Shown piece after piece: positions 1 to 10,557 of a DNA stretch of 61,975 bases. A program made the translations under genes and the position numbers. Within the stretch, counting starts at the first letter, position 1, and each line of letters starts with the position of its first letter. The DNA lies in NCBI RefSeq assembly GCF_001194135.2, contig NC_069005.1, forward strand, positions 7,536,456-7,598,430. Reading direction: 5' to 3'. This stretch comes from Octopus bimaculoides (taxonomy: Eukaryota). The notes under the pieces are model-generated. The model made no database searches. It saw only the letters and a program-made list of their open reading frames with translations, and was not told where the DNA came from.

Positions 1-689
1 TTAAAGTTGTTTTTACAGGAAACATATTCCTTAACTTTAAACAAGCTTAAAGATTAAATCATTTTTTTTCTTTTAGACATACAATTTAGAGATTAATTTC
101 AAGAAAGTATATATATATATTAAAAAAAAAAAGATATAAATGAAAACAACCACAAAAACTAAGAACATAAATAGAAAAATAGAATCTCTGTCAAGTTTTG
201 CAAAGAACATTGCAAATTGTTGTTGTTGTTATTGTCTTAAACAAAATCACAGCCATTTTAGGAAAAAGAAAGAAAGAAAGAAAGAAAATCCCACATCCAA
301 CTCATTTCTGAAGCTGGGTACAAAAGTAGAAGTATAATAATTAGAGGCTTAATTAGGTTAAGGAAGAGCAAAATAATTAACGATTTACATTTGGCAATAT
401 TTAAAGTCTACTGAGATGAAAATATGTAACGTGCGGGATGGTAGGGTCAGGGAGGGGAGATAGAGGTGGAATGGTTGCAAGGTTGAGGATAGAAGAGGAC
501 ATGGTGGTTATCAAATTGGCCTTGTTGTTTATTTATATGTCCATATCTTCGCTGTTACCACATGAGGATAGATCATCATTGTCATCATCATCATCATCAT
601 CATCATCCACCTACAAATATAAAGCAATCTCATATATAATAGGCTGTTTTCACCCATTTCTACCCCAACTTTTCCTCCTCCCACCCTTC

Positions 690-1260
690 CCACACTAAAA
701 CGGGCCGAGCCCCTACTCCCAGTTCCTCTACCTCCAACGCCTCTGCAGTTGGGACCAGGACTTCGAATGTGTCATGGATACCCGTCCCCCCTTGTCCAAA
801 CTGCCCTTACTCATGCCTGCCAAATCAGTTGTACCACTGCCCTTTCTCCTTCCCCACACCAGTACCCCAGCTGCACCCCCTTTCCCCTCCTTCAAACGCC
901 TGCAACCTACAGGTCCATAGCTCCCTCCATTCCCACCCAACCCTGGTCCTTTCCTTGCTCCAAACCCTGATGCCACACCTGTCCATTACCAACACCACCT
1001 CCCTCACTGGATTCAACAAGCACACCCCTCTACATTCGAAACTCCTCCTGTATTTCTTCCAATCTTATTTACTATATCAGGTGTAATCTTTGCAACCATC
1101 TTTATGTTGGTCAGACGAGCTGTCAGCTAGCCAACCGGTTCACGCAAAACCTATGGGAAGTCTGTCTATGTGGAACCCCGCCTGTCACCCACCATTTTTG
1201 CTCCTGTATTTTCTTTTACCCAAAACCAGGAACTTTTCAGCACCCCCACCCTTGTATATG
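690..1260 (+). mobile_element. Degenerate Penelope-like element, GIY-YIG endonuclease region
   Basis: Translating across frameshifts and stops gives PWSFPCSKP*CHTCP, then FNLIYYIRCNLCNHLYVGQTSCQLANRFTQNL, then PVTHHF. This fits the CxxC ... IY-x-I-x-C-xx-C-xxx-YxGxT ... RF pattern of Penelope endonucleases. Boundaries are approximate. Confidence 0.8.
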
Positions 1261-2357
1261 CACAAATTTGTTAATAACCAGTTTCAAACAACACCATATT
1301 ATTAAAACAATAAATGTTTACATGAAGTTAACTGTGTTTCTCAAAGAGTAAAATGTGTCTTCCACACTGAAATTGTTTTAGTTTCAATGCAAGATCTGAG
1401 ATCAAAACACTNNNNNNNNNNNNNNNNNNNNNNNNNNNNNNNNNNNNNNNNNNNNNNNNNNNNNNNNNNNNNNNNNNNNNNNNNNNNNNNNNNNNNNNNN
1501 NNNNNNNNNNNNNNNNNNNNNNNNNNNNNNNNNNNNNNNNNNNNNNNNNNNNNNNNNNNNNNNNNNNNNNNNNNNNNNNNNNNNNNNNNNNNNNNNNNNN
1601 NNNNNNNNNNNNNNNNNNNNNNNNNNNNNNNNNNNNNNNNNNNNNNNNNNNNNNNNNNNNNNNNNNNNNNNNNNNNNNNNNNNNNNNNNNNNNNNNNNNN
1701 NNNNNNNNNNNNNNNNNNNNNNNNNNNNNATATATATATATAAATTTATGTATATATTAATATTATCTCGGTTGAAAAAACTTTGACAATTTAAATATGT
1801 TAATAGTTACCATGGGTAGCAAAAATCACACAAAAACTAGGATATCACACTCGTTTTATAGGTAGAAATACCAAGTTAAAGTGATGTATTTTGAGTAGAT
1901 AAGAATAATAATAATAAATGGAGCAAAACGCGTTTTGCTCCATTTATTATTATATATTTATATATATCATTTGTATTATATATATATGTATATGCTCACA
2001 TATCATTTGTATTATATATATAAAGAGTTATTAGTGAGGGATTATCAATTTAGACAAAATTCTATCTAAGCTCTCTGTTAGTAAACCAGGATAACAATAT
2101 TGTTTAGATTAGTAATGAACAGCATGCATTCTTGTGGCAGAGTCCAAGGTTATATTGTGTTCCAGTTAAACTGGTTTTCACACACAGTGATATACAAGAC
2201 AAGGTATAAATAATGGTCATTACATAACAACCTAGTTCTATAAAAAATAAAAGAACAACCTTCAAGGGATTGATCTCAAAACCCTAGATTTTTCTTTATA
2301 GGAAATTGTTAGGCAGAGGCTCAAAGCATTTTGTATTATGGTTCATTTTGGTTGTTA

Positions 2358-2447
2358 TACGAGGGGTGTATGAAAAGTTATGAGCCTTGAAGTCATGTAC
2401 CATGTTTTGTTTTTTGGAAACTCAAGACTTTTCATACACCCCTCGTA
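2358..2447. mobile_element. Minimal Tc1/mariner-type MITE (86 bp plus TA target duplication)
   Basis: TA-CGAGGGGTGTATGAAAAGT ... ACTTTTCATACACCCCTCG-TA: perfect 19-bp terminal inverted repeats flanked by TA. Confidence 0.85.
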
Positions 2448-2733
2448 CATATACCATGGACTCTTCCATCGTTAGACGACGTACGAGGGTTCTGCAGTTT
2501 CTTGTTGAACAACCACACATAACTTGTTTATATGATCAAATGTTTGAGTTCACATAAGCTCTCACCCTCCATCGAACTGATATTACCTGTACAGGTGCAC
2601 AATGTGTCATATGTCAGAAGATGAAATGATTGCAGAGCTACATGAAATGAAGTGTTTTGCTCAAGAACACAATGCAATGCTTGGTGTGGGAATTGAAACC
2701 ACAATCTTGTAATCACAAGTGCAAAGCACCTTC

Positions 2734-2778
<45 letters not shown>

Positions 2779-2783
2779 GTATG

Positions 2784-3185
2784 TTCTTTTATTCTTTTAC
2801 TTATTTCACTCATTTGACTGCGGCCATGCTGGAGCACTACTTTAAAGGGTTTTAGTCGAACAAATCAACCACAGGACTTATTCTTTGTAAGCCTAGTACT
2901 TATTCCGTTGGTCACTTTTGCTGAACTGCTAAGTTATGGGGACGTAAACACACCACCATCGGTTGTCAAGTGATGGTGGGAGGACAAAAACATGCACACA
3001 CACACATATATATATATGACGGGCTTCTTTTAGTTTCCGTCTACCAAATCCATTCACAAGGCTTTGGTCAACCTGAGGCTATGAGGCTATAGAAGACACT
3101 TGCCCAAGATGCCACACAGTTGGACTGAACCTGAAACGATGTGGTTGGGAAGCAAGCTTTTTACCACACAGCCACCCTGTGCCTC
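2784..3185 (-). mobile_element. tRNA-derived SINE, major family A; an extra head fragment lies at about 3270-3348
   Basis: Reverse complement of the family best seen at 47015-47408 (tRNA-like head, central CA/TA tract, AAAGAAT tail). Confidence 0.85.
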
Positions 3186-3396
3186 TATATATAAATTTAT
3201 ATATATATGCCTACATCACTATAGTGTCTGCCTACCTATCTATCATTTTGCAACGTTTGCTTCAAAACAAAAATGTCACCAAGGTAGAACTGAACCTGGG
3301 ACCATGTGGTTGGGAAGCAAACTCCTTACCACACAGCTACGCCCGTGCCTTTACAAATACCTAATAAATATATAACAGAAACAAAAGGTCTCTTAC

Positions 3397-3882
3397 CTGA
3401 TTCTTTTCAACCTCAGAATCCTTCAATTGGTCAAAGATAGCCGGGTCAATGTTCTTTGCTAGTGTGTGGAGTAATTCTAAACTATGATTGGTCACATTTG
3501 AATGTTCGGCACCCAATACACTGAAACCTGGCCCTAGTCTCTGATACGTTGGGTGTTCGCTCTTGCTGTAGCTGGTCTTGGGCAGCGCTGCTGGCTTCTT
3601 GTTGCTCTCTTTCCCCTCAGTTAAGTCCCCTTTCTTATCTGAAGTCATGGAGTCCTTGCAGTGAAACAACTTAGAAGAGTGGTCTGCTTCAGACGACGGG
3701 GCTGATTTCTTGCTACGTCGAAAGTTTGTGCTGGAGAGAGCAGGTTTTGGATATTCACAGTTGAGGTATAGGTGTGGCTTTGTGCTCCTCGCTTTCTCTT
3801 CTACATCTGGCTCGACAGAAAAATGCCCGTATGGTTTCAGGCATATATCCAGTCTGTCATCAGCAGAATTATAAACGAATAC
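3397..3882 (-). CDS. Unidentified gene B, internal exon 5 of 5 found (VFVYNSADDRLDICLKPYGHF...VEKNQ), phase 0 to 0
   Basis: Acceptor ttgcag at 3883 and donor GTAAGA at 3396. 486 nt, open, and in phase with the exon at 5297-5457. Confidence 0.85.
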
Positions 3883-3974
3883 CTGCAACAAAGACATTTA
3901 ATAGATTTCACAACCACATCACAACAGAAGTATTTGAATTCTGAACTAATTTGTGTATGGCATTGATAAATAAT

Positions 3975-4445
3975 TTCATAAACATGGGACGAGGTGGTGA
4001 GGCATGATCTTTGCATGTTGAGCCTCACAGAGGCAATGACAAGTGACAGACCTTTGGCGATATGCTGTGCTTGAGAAGACCTGTTAAGCCAAATGAAATG
4101 GTAGTCATGGCCAATGCCAGTGTTGTGTAACTGGCACTTGTGCTGGTGGCATATAAGAAGCACTCTTCAAACTTTGGGCCTCATGGAGGCAGTGACAAGT
4201 GACTGAGACCTTTGGCAATATAACATGCTTGAGAAAACCTGTCAAGCCAAGTGAGATCGTTAGTAATGGCTGGTAGCATGTAAAAGGCACTCACTACATT
4301 CTTGGAGTGGTTGGCATTAGAAAGGGCATCCAGCTGTAGAAACCATGCCAAATCAGACTGGAACCTGGTGCAGCTTACCAGTTTTCAGTCAAACCGTCCA
4401 ACCCATGCCAGCATGGAAAACAGACATTGATGATGATGATATTAT
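3975..4445 (+). mobile_element. RTE-LINE-tail repeat (family B) ending in a (GAT)n tail
   Basis: The conserved block cactacactc..gagtggttggc.ttaggaagggcatccagctgtagaaac...catgccagcatggaaa...gatgatgat recurs at about 4565-4775(-), 5735-6208(+), 8735-8835(-), 40165-40540(+), 44815-45000(-), 55040-55220(+), 58125-58230(+) and 60850-61195(+). Confidence 0.75.
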
Positions 4446-4859
4446 CATCATCATCATCATTGACATCCGTTTCTCATGGGTTGGACAGTTTGACAGAAGC
4501 TGCTGGCCAGCTGAAGAGGTGTCCACAATCCATGTCTGGTTTGGAAGGGTTTCTACAGCTGGATCATCATCATCATCATCATCATCATCGTTTAACGTCC
4601 GCTTTCCATGCTAGCATGGGTTGGACGATTTGACTGAGGACTGGTGAAACCGGATGGCAACACCAGGCTCCAGTCTGGTTTGGCAGGGTTTCTACAGCTG
4701 GATGCCATTCTTAATTGCTAACCCCTTTACAGAGTGTACTGGGTGCTTTTACATGGCACCAGCACCCACAAGGCCACGAGATTAGGAACACCCAGGTGGT
4801 GAGGGATGCAGGAGACATGTCTGTAATGCAAGGACAACCATGATTTTTACCCAGCTTCA

Positions 4860-4990
4860 CATTTCTTCTCAAGCACAGCAACATGTGAGGCCCAACATCT
4901 GAAGATCCTTTCTCACCACTTCATCCAATGTCTTCCTGGGTCTATCCCTTCCATATCATTATCAATTAACATCTGTCTTCCACGCTACCA
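4860..4990 (-). mobile_element. RTE LINE ORF 3-prime end fragment
   Basis: Minus-strand translation RPRKTLDEVVRKDLQMLGLT matches the GRPRKTW..VV..DL C-terminus of RTE ORFs. A similar fragment lies at about 52790-52920(+). Confidence 0.65.
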
Positions 4991-5296
4991 AAGGTTGGAC
5001 AGTTTGACAGGATTCAACTGGCTGGGAGACTGTTGAGCTCCAATGTCTGATAGTTGGGTGCCCTTTGAAAAATCAACTTCTCTCTCCCTCTATATATGTA
5101 TGTATGTGTGTGTGGTAGTATATTAAGGTTGCATAATAAAATACAGTGTCCCTACCAGCAGTTAATATATATGAAATTATGTATGTGGTGGGTAGAGCCA
5201 TTAGAGATACACAGACCCATTGATTAATTCTGTTGGTTAATATATCCAATGATACTGTTTTACAGAAAAAAATATAAAAATGAAATCCAAAAATAC

Positions 5297-5457
5297 CTTG
5301 CCAGGTAAAGCAGGAATACTGAAATGCGAGCCGTTTACAAAGTCTCTCTCTTGCTTCAGCTGACAATAAAACAGCCCACCATTGCTAAAGTGTTGTGGGT
5401 TTTCTTGGGAGTATTTCCAAAGGTCCTTGCACATTGATACATCCATCGGGTCTGCAG
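5297..5457 (-). CDS. Unidentified gene B, internal exon 4 (ADPMDVSMCKDLWKYSQENPQHFSNGGLFYCQLKQERDFVNGSHFSIPALPGK), phase 1 to 0
   Basis: Polypyrimidine acceptor ctctttttcacag and donor AAG|gtattt. 161 nt, with phases matching both neighbours. Confidence 0.85.
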
Positions 5458-5734
5458 CTGTGAAAAAGAGCATTCATATGAAGGTTTACTGGAATATATA
5501 TTATGGTTTGGTCAGTTTAGGTTTCACAGCAACGATAATAACAACACAGCAGATAGAGTTGGTGAATGGATCACAGACAATCAGTTTTATAACATAACAA
5601 CTACAGTTGGTGAACATCAACTGTAGTAGCCGAACAACTGCAGTTATACTATGTAAATAGTAAAGATCACATCAGATACACACATATTAGCTATAATGAA
5701 AATCAGTAGTCCTCAATCTTTTTACGCTTATCTG

Positions 5735-6208
5735 GGCGGGATCACTGCCAGAGCAGCGGTCTCGCTTCCATGCCGGTGCCACGTAAACAGCACTGTTTGA
5801 GTACGATTATTTCCAGCTTCACCTTACTGGTATTTGTGCCAGTGGCATGTGAACAAAACATTGGACTGGCTCCTGTGCAGGTGGCACGTAAAAAACACCA
5901 TTTGAGTGTGGCCGTTGCCAGTACCGCCAGACTGGCCCATGTGCCGGTGGCATATAAAAAGCACTCACTACACTCTCAGAGTGGTTGGCATTAGGAAGGG
6001 CATCCAGCTGTAGAAACTCTGCCAGATCAGATTGGAGTCTGGTGTAGCCATCTGGTTTGCCAGTCCCAGGTCAAATNNNNNNNNNNCCAGCTGTAGAAAC
6101 TCTGCCAGATCAGATTGGAGTCTGGTGTAGCCATCTGGTTTGCCAGTCCCAGGTCAAATCGTCCGACCCATGCTAGCATGGAAAGCAGACGTTAAATGAT
6201 GATGATGA
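5735..6208 (+). mobile_element. Family B repeat with about 50-bp internal tandem units (gtgccggtggcacgtaaaaagcac...) and an RTE-type tail
   Basis: Near-identical to 60850-61195. The duplicated 70 bp around the 10-N gap at 6077-6086 is probably an assembly overlap. Confidence 0.75.
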
Positions 6209-6551
6209 AACCCTTTTGATTCCCATTTTACTCTCCTGGACATCCACAGTCATTTGAAGTTTTAAAAACAAAAATATGCCATTTTAGGAATTGTATAAAA
6301 GTAATTATTTTGGCATGGTTTCTACGGCTGGATTCCCTCCCTAACGCCAACTTTACTTTACAGTGTGTGCTGGGTGCTCTTACGTGGCACTACACAGGTG
6401 GTTTTACCTGGTGCCACACAGGTACTTTAATATGCAGAGCGGTGCAAAAGCAGGTATACAGTTATGAAATAAGAAAACACATACAATACTCATTTATCTT
6501 TATCAAAAATATTAAAAGTATTATAGTTATGATAAATGTATTATTATGTGT

Positions 6552-6926
6552 AGGCGCAGGAGTGGCTGTGTGGTAAGTAACTTGCTTATCAACCACAAGG
6601 TCCTGGGTTCAGTCCCACTGCGTGGCACCTTGGGCAAGTATCTTCTACTATAGCCTTGGGCCGACCAAAGCCTTGTGAGTAGATTTGGTAGACGGAAACT
6701 GAAAGAAGCATATATATGTGTGTGTCTGTGTGTTTGTTCCCCCAACATTGCTTGACAACTGATGCTGATGTGTTTACATCCCTGTAACTTAGCAGTTTGG
6801 CAAAAGAGACAGATAGAATAAGTACTAGGCTTACAAAGAGTAAGGCCTGGGGGTCGATTTGCTCTACTAAAGGCGGTGCTCCAGCATGGCCACTGTCAAA
6901 TGACTGAAACAAGTAAAAGAATAAAA
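6552..6926 (+). mobile_element. tRNA-derived SINE family A
   Basis: Head ggcgcaggagtggctgtgtggtaag...gggttcagtccc (A/B-box-like), with family body and tail. Confidence 0.9.
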
Positions 6927-6989
6927 AAACATGTGTGTGTGTGATGACCGTGTTCTTGTTAGACTATTTCTCACAGGCTGACTTCTAAC

Positions 6990-7250
6990 TGATTGTCTCT
7001 ACGAACAATGAGATTGACAGCAACACATGAAGCCAGTGAGAGACTTACAGAGTTTGCTGCAAAGACTGCAAACTAAAACCATGTCTTCAGCCTGATGGCT
7101 AGGTGTCTAAGGTGGAGGATCATTGTGAGTTTTCAAATGTCTTTTGAGTCTGGAGCAGCTCTTGTAGATTTTGCCACATACATCAGAGGTAAGCGGGTCT
7201 GCAATTACGAACTGAGCATAATCCATTGGCAAGCTGTCTATAAACTCATA
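6990..7250 (-). pseudogene. Degenerate pair of C2H2-type zinc fingers, probably a LINE ORF C-terminus relic
   Basis: SDVCGKIYKSCSRLKRHLKTH, an in-frame stop, then VCSLCSKLCKSLTGFMCCCQSH. Both have CX2CX12HX3H spacing with one ligand mutated, and there is no TGEKP linker. Confidence 0.6.
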
Positions 7251-7252
7251 CA

Positions 7253-7582
7253 CAGGCATGGCTGTGTGGTAAGAAGCTTGCTTCCCAACCACATGGTTAT
7301 GATTTCAGTCCTACTGCATGGCACCTTGGGCAAATGTTTTCTACCATAGCCTCAGACTGACCAAAGCCTTGTGAGTGGAATTGGTAGACGGAAACTGAAA
7401 GAAGTCGCTTGTGTGTGTGTATTTGTCCTCCCATCACCGTTTGACAACTAGTGTTGGTGTGTTTACATCCATGTAACTTAGTGGTTAGGCAATAGAGAAG
7501 TATTAGGCTTAAAAAATGACTCCTTGGATTGACTTCAAGGTGGTGCTCCAGTATGACCACAGTCAAATGACTGAAATAAAAA
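7253..7582 (+). mobile_element. tRNA-derived SINE family A, diverged copy
   Basis: Colinear with 6552-6926, with more substitutions. Confidence 0.85.
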
Positions 7583-7658
7583 AATACACACACACAACAC
7601 ATGCATCACATGCGCACACACAGAGATAGTTACTATCAAAGTAAAAATGCTGACTTAC

Positions 7659-7746
7659 TCATATCTTGGTTGGGTAGCACCACTTCGGTACTCCGCTGTT
7701 TATCTTTATTCTTTTGCTGAACAGAACCACTTTGGAATTTTTGTTG
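7659..7746 (-). CDS. Unidentified gene B, internal exon 3 (QQKFQSGSVQQKNKDKQRSTEVVLPNQDM), phase 0 to 1
   Basis: Acceptor attatctcatag and donor GTAAGT. The 88 nt exactly supply the phase 0 to 1 bridge needed between the exons at 9675 and 5457. Confidence 0.8.
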
Positions 7747-7893
7747 CTATGAGATAATATATGAAAAAAGATGTTTAGGAATTTACTGGGAAAGTCAGCA
7801 TGAAGTAATAAATAAGTCAGTTGTTAAATGGGAATCAGTTCATAGATTGAAGCCACAGTGAAAACATGATGTGATAACCAGATTTGCCATAAT

Positions 7894-8071
7894 GGTAGGA
7901 GTGGCTGTGTGGTAAGTAGCTTGCTTATGAACCACATGGTTCTGGGTTCAGTCCCACTGCGTGGTACCTTGGGCAAGTGTCTTCTACTACAGCCTTGGGC
8001 CGACCAAAGCCTTGGGCCGACCAAAGCCTTGTGAGTGGATTTGGCAGACAGAAACTGAAAGAAGCCCGTCG

Positions 8072-8108
<37 letters not shown>

Positions 8109-8322
8109 GTGTGTCTGTTTGTTCCCCCAACATCGCTTGACAACCGATGGTGGTGTGTTTACGTCCCTGTAACTTAGCGGTTTGGCAAAAGAGCCCAATA
8201 GAATAAGTACTAGGCTTAAAAAATAAGTCCTGGGGTCAATTCGTTTGACTTAAAAGCCTTCAAAGCGGTGCTCCAGCATGGCTGCAGTCAAATGACTGAA
8301 ACAAGCAAAAGAATAAAAGAAT
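7894..8322 (+). mobile_element. tRNA-derived SINE family A with an internal 17-bp tandem duplication (ccttgggccgaccaaag x2)
   Basis: Family head, body and tail. A minus-strand head fragment follows at about 8375-8456. Confidence 0.9.
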
Positions 8323-8859
8323 ATATATATAAATATATGGTAAATAATTTTAAACGATATAAAACTTGACATAGCAGAAAGTGCCATGCAGTGGAACTGA
8401 ACCAGAAACCACATGGTCGGGAAGCGAACATCTTACCACGGAGCCATGCCTGCACCTACATTTGACAGTGAGTAAGCAACACAACAATCAACAAGTATTG
8501 ATAACAAAAGTGTTACAGAACTTCATTTTGACCTTCGACCCCTGCCGATAGCTGTTATCTCTGGTTATCACATGTCAGCCTCATATGAAAGAGCGACTGC
8601 TGTCGTTGCTGTTGCTGCACCGAGCAAAGACCAGTGCGGCTTAGATTTCAGTGGATCAACAGCAGAAGTAGTCAAGTAGATAAAAACATTGGATTACTAA
8701 TTATCATTATTATTTTTATTCTCCGCCGCCACCACCACCACCACCATCGTCGTTTAACGTCCGCTTTCCATGCTAGCATGGGTTGGACGATTTGACTGAG
8801 GCTTGGTGAACCAGATGGCTAGACCAGGCTCCAGTTCAACAATTCAAATCTGATATTTG

Positions 8860-9087
8860 TTAACCCTTTAGTGTTCAGATTAATCGGTTAAAATGGAGAG
8901 CTTTTTTCACTCAAATTGTTTTGAATTAATCACGCATTATCTTACAGCTTTGAAGTGTCGTTGGTGTGATAGTTTATTCTTAGAATGTCATTGTAGGTTA
9001 GGTGTGAGAGGCTGGATATGGCCAGTTTGAATATAAAACGTAGGATATTTGGGCAGGATAAGGCCAGCTTAAACACCAAAGAGTTAA
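8860..9087. mobile_element. TTAA-flanked piggyBac-type MITE, family 1 (about 220 bp)
   Basis: TTAA-CCCTTTAG ... CCAAAGAG-TTAA. Related copies lie at about 10008-10180, 36936-37045, 42417-42830, 54795-55530 and 57391-57820. Confidence 0.75.
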
Positions 9088-9119
9088 GGCAGTTTTAAAA
9101 TTTTCACTGGTTTTTATAA

Positions 9120-9440
9120 GACATGTGGCTTAGTGGTAAGTGTATTCAGCTCACAATCAAAAGGTCGGGAGTTCAAATTCCTGCTGGTGCACTGTGTCCT
9201 TGTGCAAGACACTCTGCTTAGTTTGTATTGCTCCAGTCCATTTAGCTGGCAAAAATGAGTAATACCTGTAATTCAAAAGGGTCAGCCTTGTCACACTCTG
9301 TGCTGTACTGAATCTCCCTGGGAACTATGTTAAAAGGTACATGTGTGTCTGTGGAGTACTCAGCCACTTTCACATTAATTTCACGAGCTGGCTGTTCGGA
9401 TCAACTGGAATGCTCATTGTCATAAACTGACAGAGAGCCA
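9120..9440 (+). mobile_element. tRNA-derived SINE family D, diverged copy
   Basis: Head gtggcttagtggt...gggagttcaaattcc. The body matches the reverse complement of 39455-39840. Relatives lie at about 2440-2730(-), 36190-36510(+) and 46240-46515(+). Confidence 0.75.
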
Positions 9441-9674
9441 GGCCACTGGTTTTAACCACTGGATGTTGACCACATGGAAAAATATCGCTTTCAAGGGCTT
9501 TAATTGATTATATTGACCCGAGTACTTAGTCTGGGACCTACTTTATCAATCTTTATTTAATGAATGGCTAAGTCCCACCCATTCACGACAAACATAAATG
9601 CAGTCAGTCAAACATCTGATAACGCCATCACTGAAACGAACTAACGAGGATTCATTTAATTACTAACCACTTAC

Positions 9675-9982
9675 ATTATGTACAGAACTGCTCTGACTTG
9701 TTCCATCACCTGTGCCAACACTGCCTTCACCAGTGGTTGCAGATCTCCGTTTTGGTGAGCCAGTACTTCCGACACCACTACCACTACCACCACTACTACT
9801 ACTGCAGCTGCTGGCTGTTGTGGGATTAGAAGCATTGAATGTACCGCTATCACCAGTGGCTGTAGACTTCCTCTTTGGCGAACCACTACTGTCATTCAGT
9901 GACTTCCTGTTATTGATGTCAGCAGTGATCTGTAGAAGCTGGTCAGCAACGTATTGCATCAGGAGCTTACTAAGGAACTCAC
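9675..9982 (-). CDS. Unidentified gene B, internal exon 2 (EFLSKLLMQYVADQLLQITADINNRK followed by an S/G/T-rich tract), phase 1 to 0
   Basis: Acceptor atttattttccag and donor GTAAGT. 308 nt, open. Confidence 0.85.
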
Positions 9983-10557
9983 CTGGAAAATAAATATTAC
10001 CACATTAACCCCTTTGGCTCTCAGCTTGCTCTGTTGAATGTAATGCTCACTTCTTCATGCCATTTTGAATTAATCATGCATTATCTTGTAGCTTTAAGAT
10101 TTCATATGATAGTTTATTTTCAGAATAACATAACAGGGTAGGTGCAATAGGTTAGATCTGGCTGGTTTGAACATAAAATACAGCAAACACAGTAAATATA
10201 CAAGTTTGTCAACACTGTCATCATCTCTCTATCTATCTATTTATCTATATAAATATACACAGACACATATATATACATACACACACACACATACTAGTTG
10301 ATCAACATCTATATCATATCTATATATTTGTGTACACACATCTCTCTCCCTCTTTGTGAGTGAGTGTGTGTGTGTGTATGTACATATATATATATATCTG
10401 TAATATAATATGTGACAATTATTCGGTTGCCATAATAAGACTCCGAGTTTTGGATGTTGGGGCGGAAAACTGCTCCGGCATCTCTAACCGATGAGGTGCC
10501 GGAGCAGTTTTTCATTTATGACTGAAGGGGTCCTTTATATAAATATATGTATATATA

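Noticed and set aside
5073-5366. Alternative-frame ORF MSAEARERLCKRLAF overlapping gene B exon 4
   Set aside because: Splice phases support the other frame, and this one runs into intronic low-complexity sequence.
6001-6160. Exact direct duplications flanking 10-N gaps (also near 16350, 16620, 20260 and 24700)
   Set aside because: This is the typical signature of unmerged overlapping contig ends, not biological duplication.
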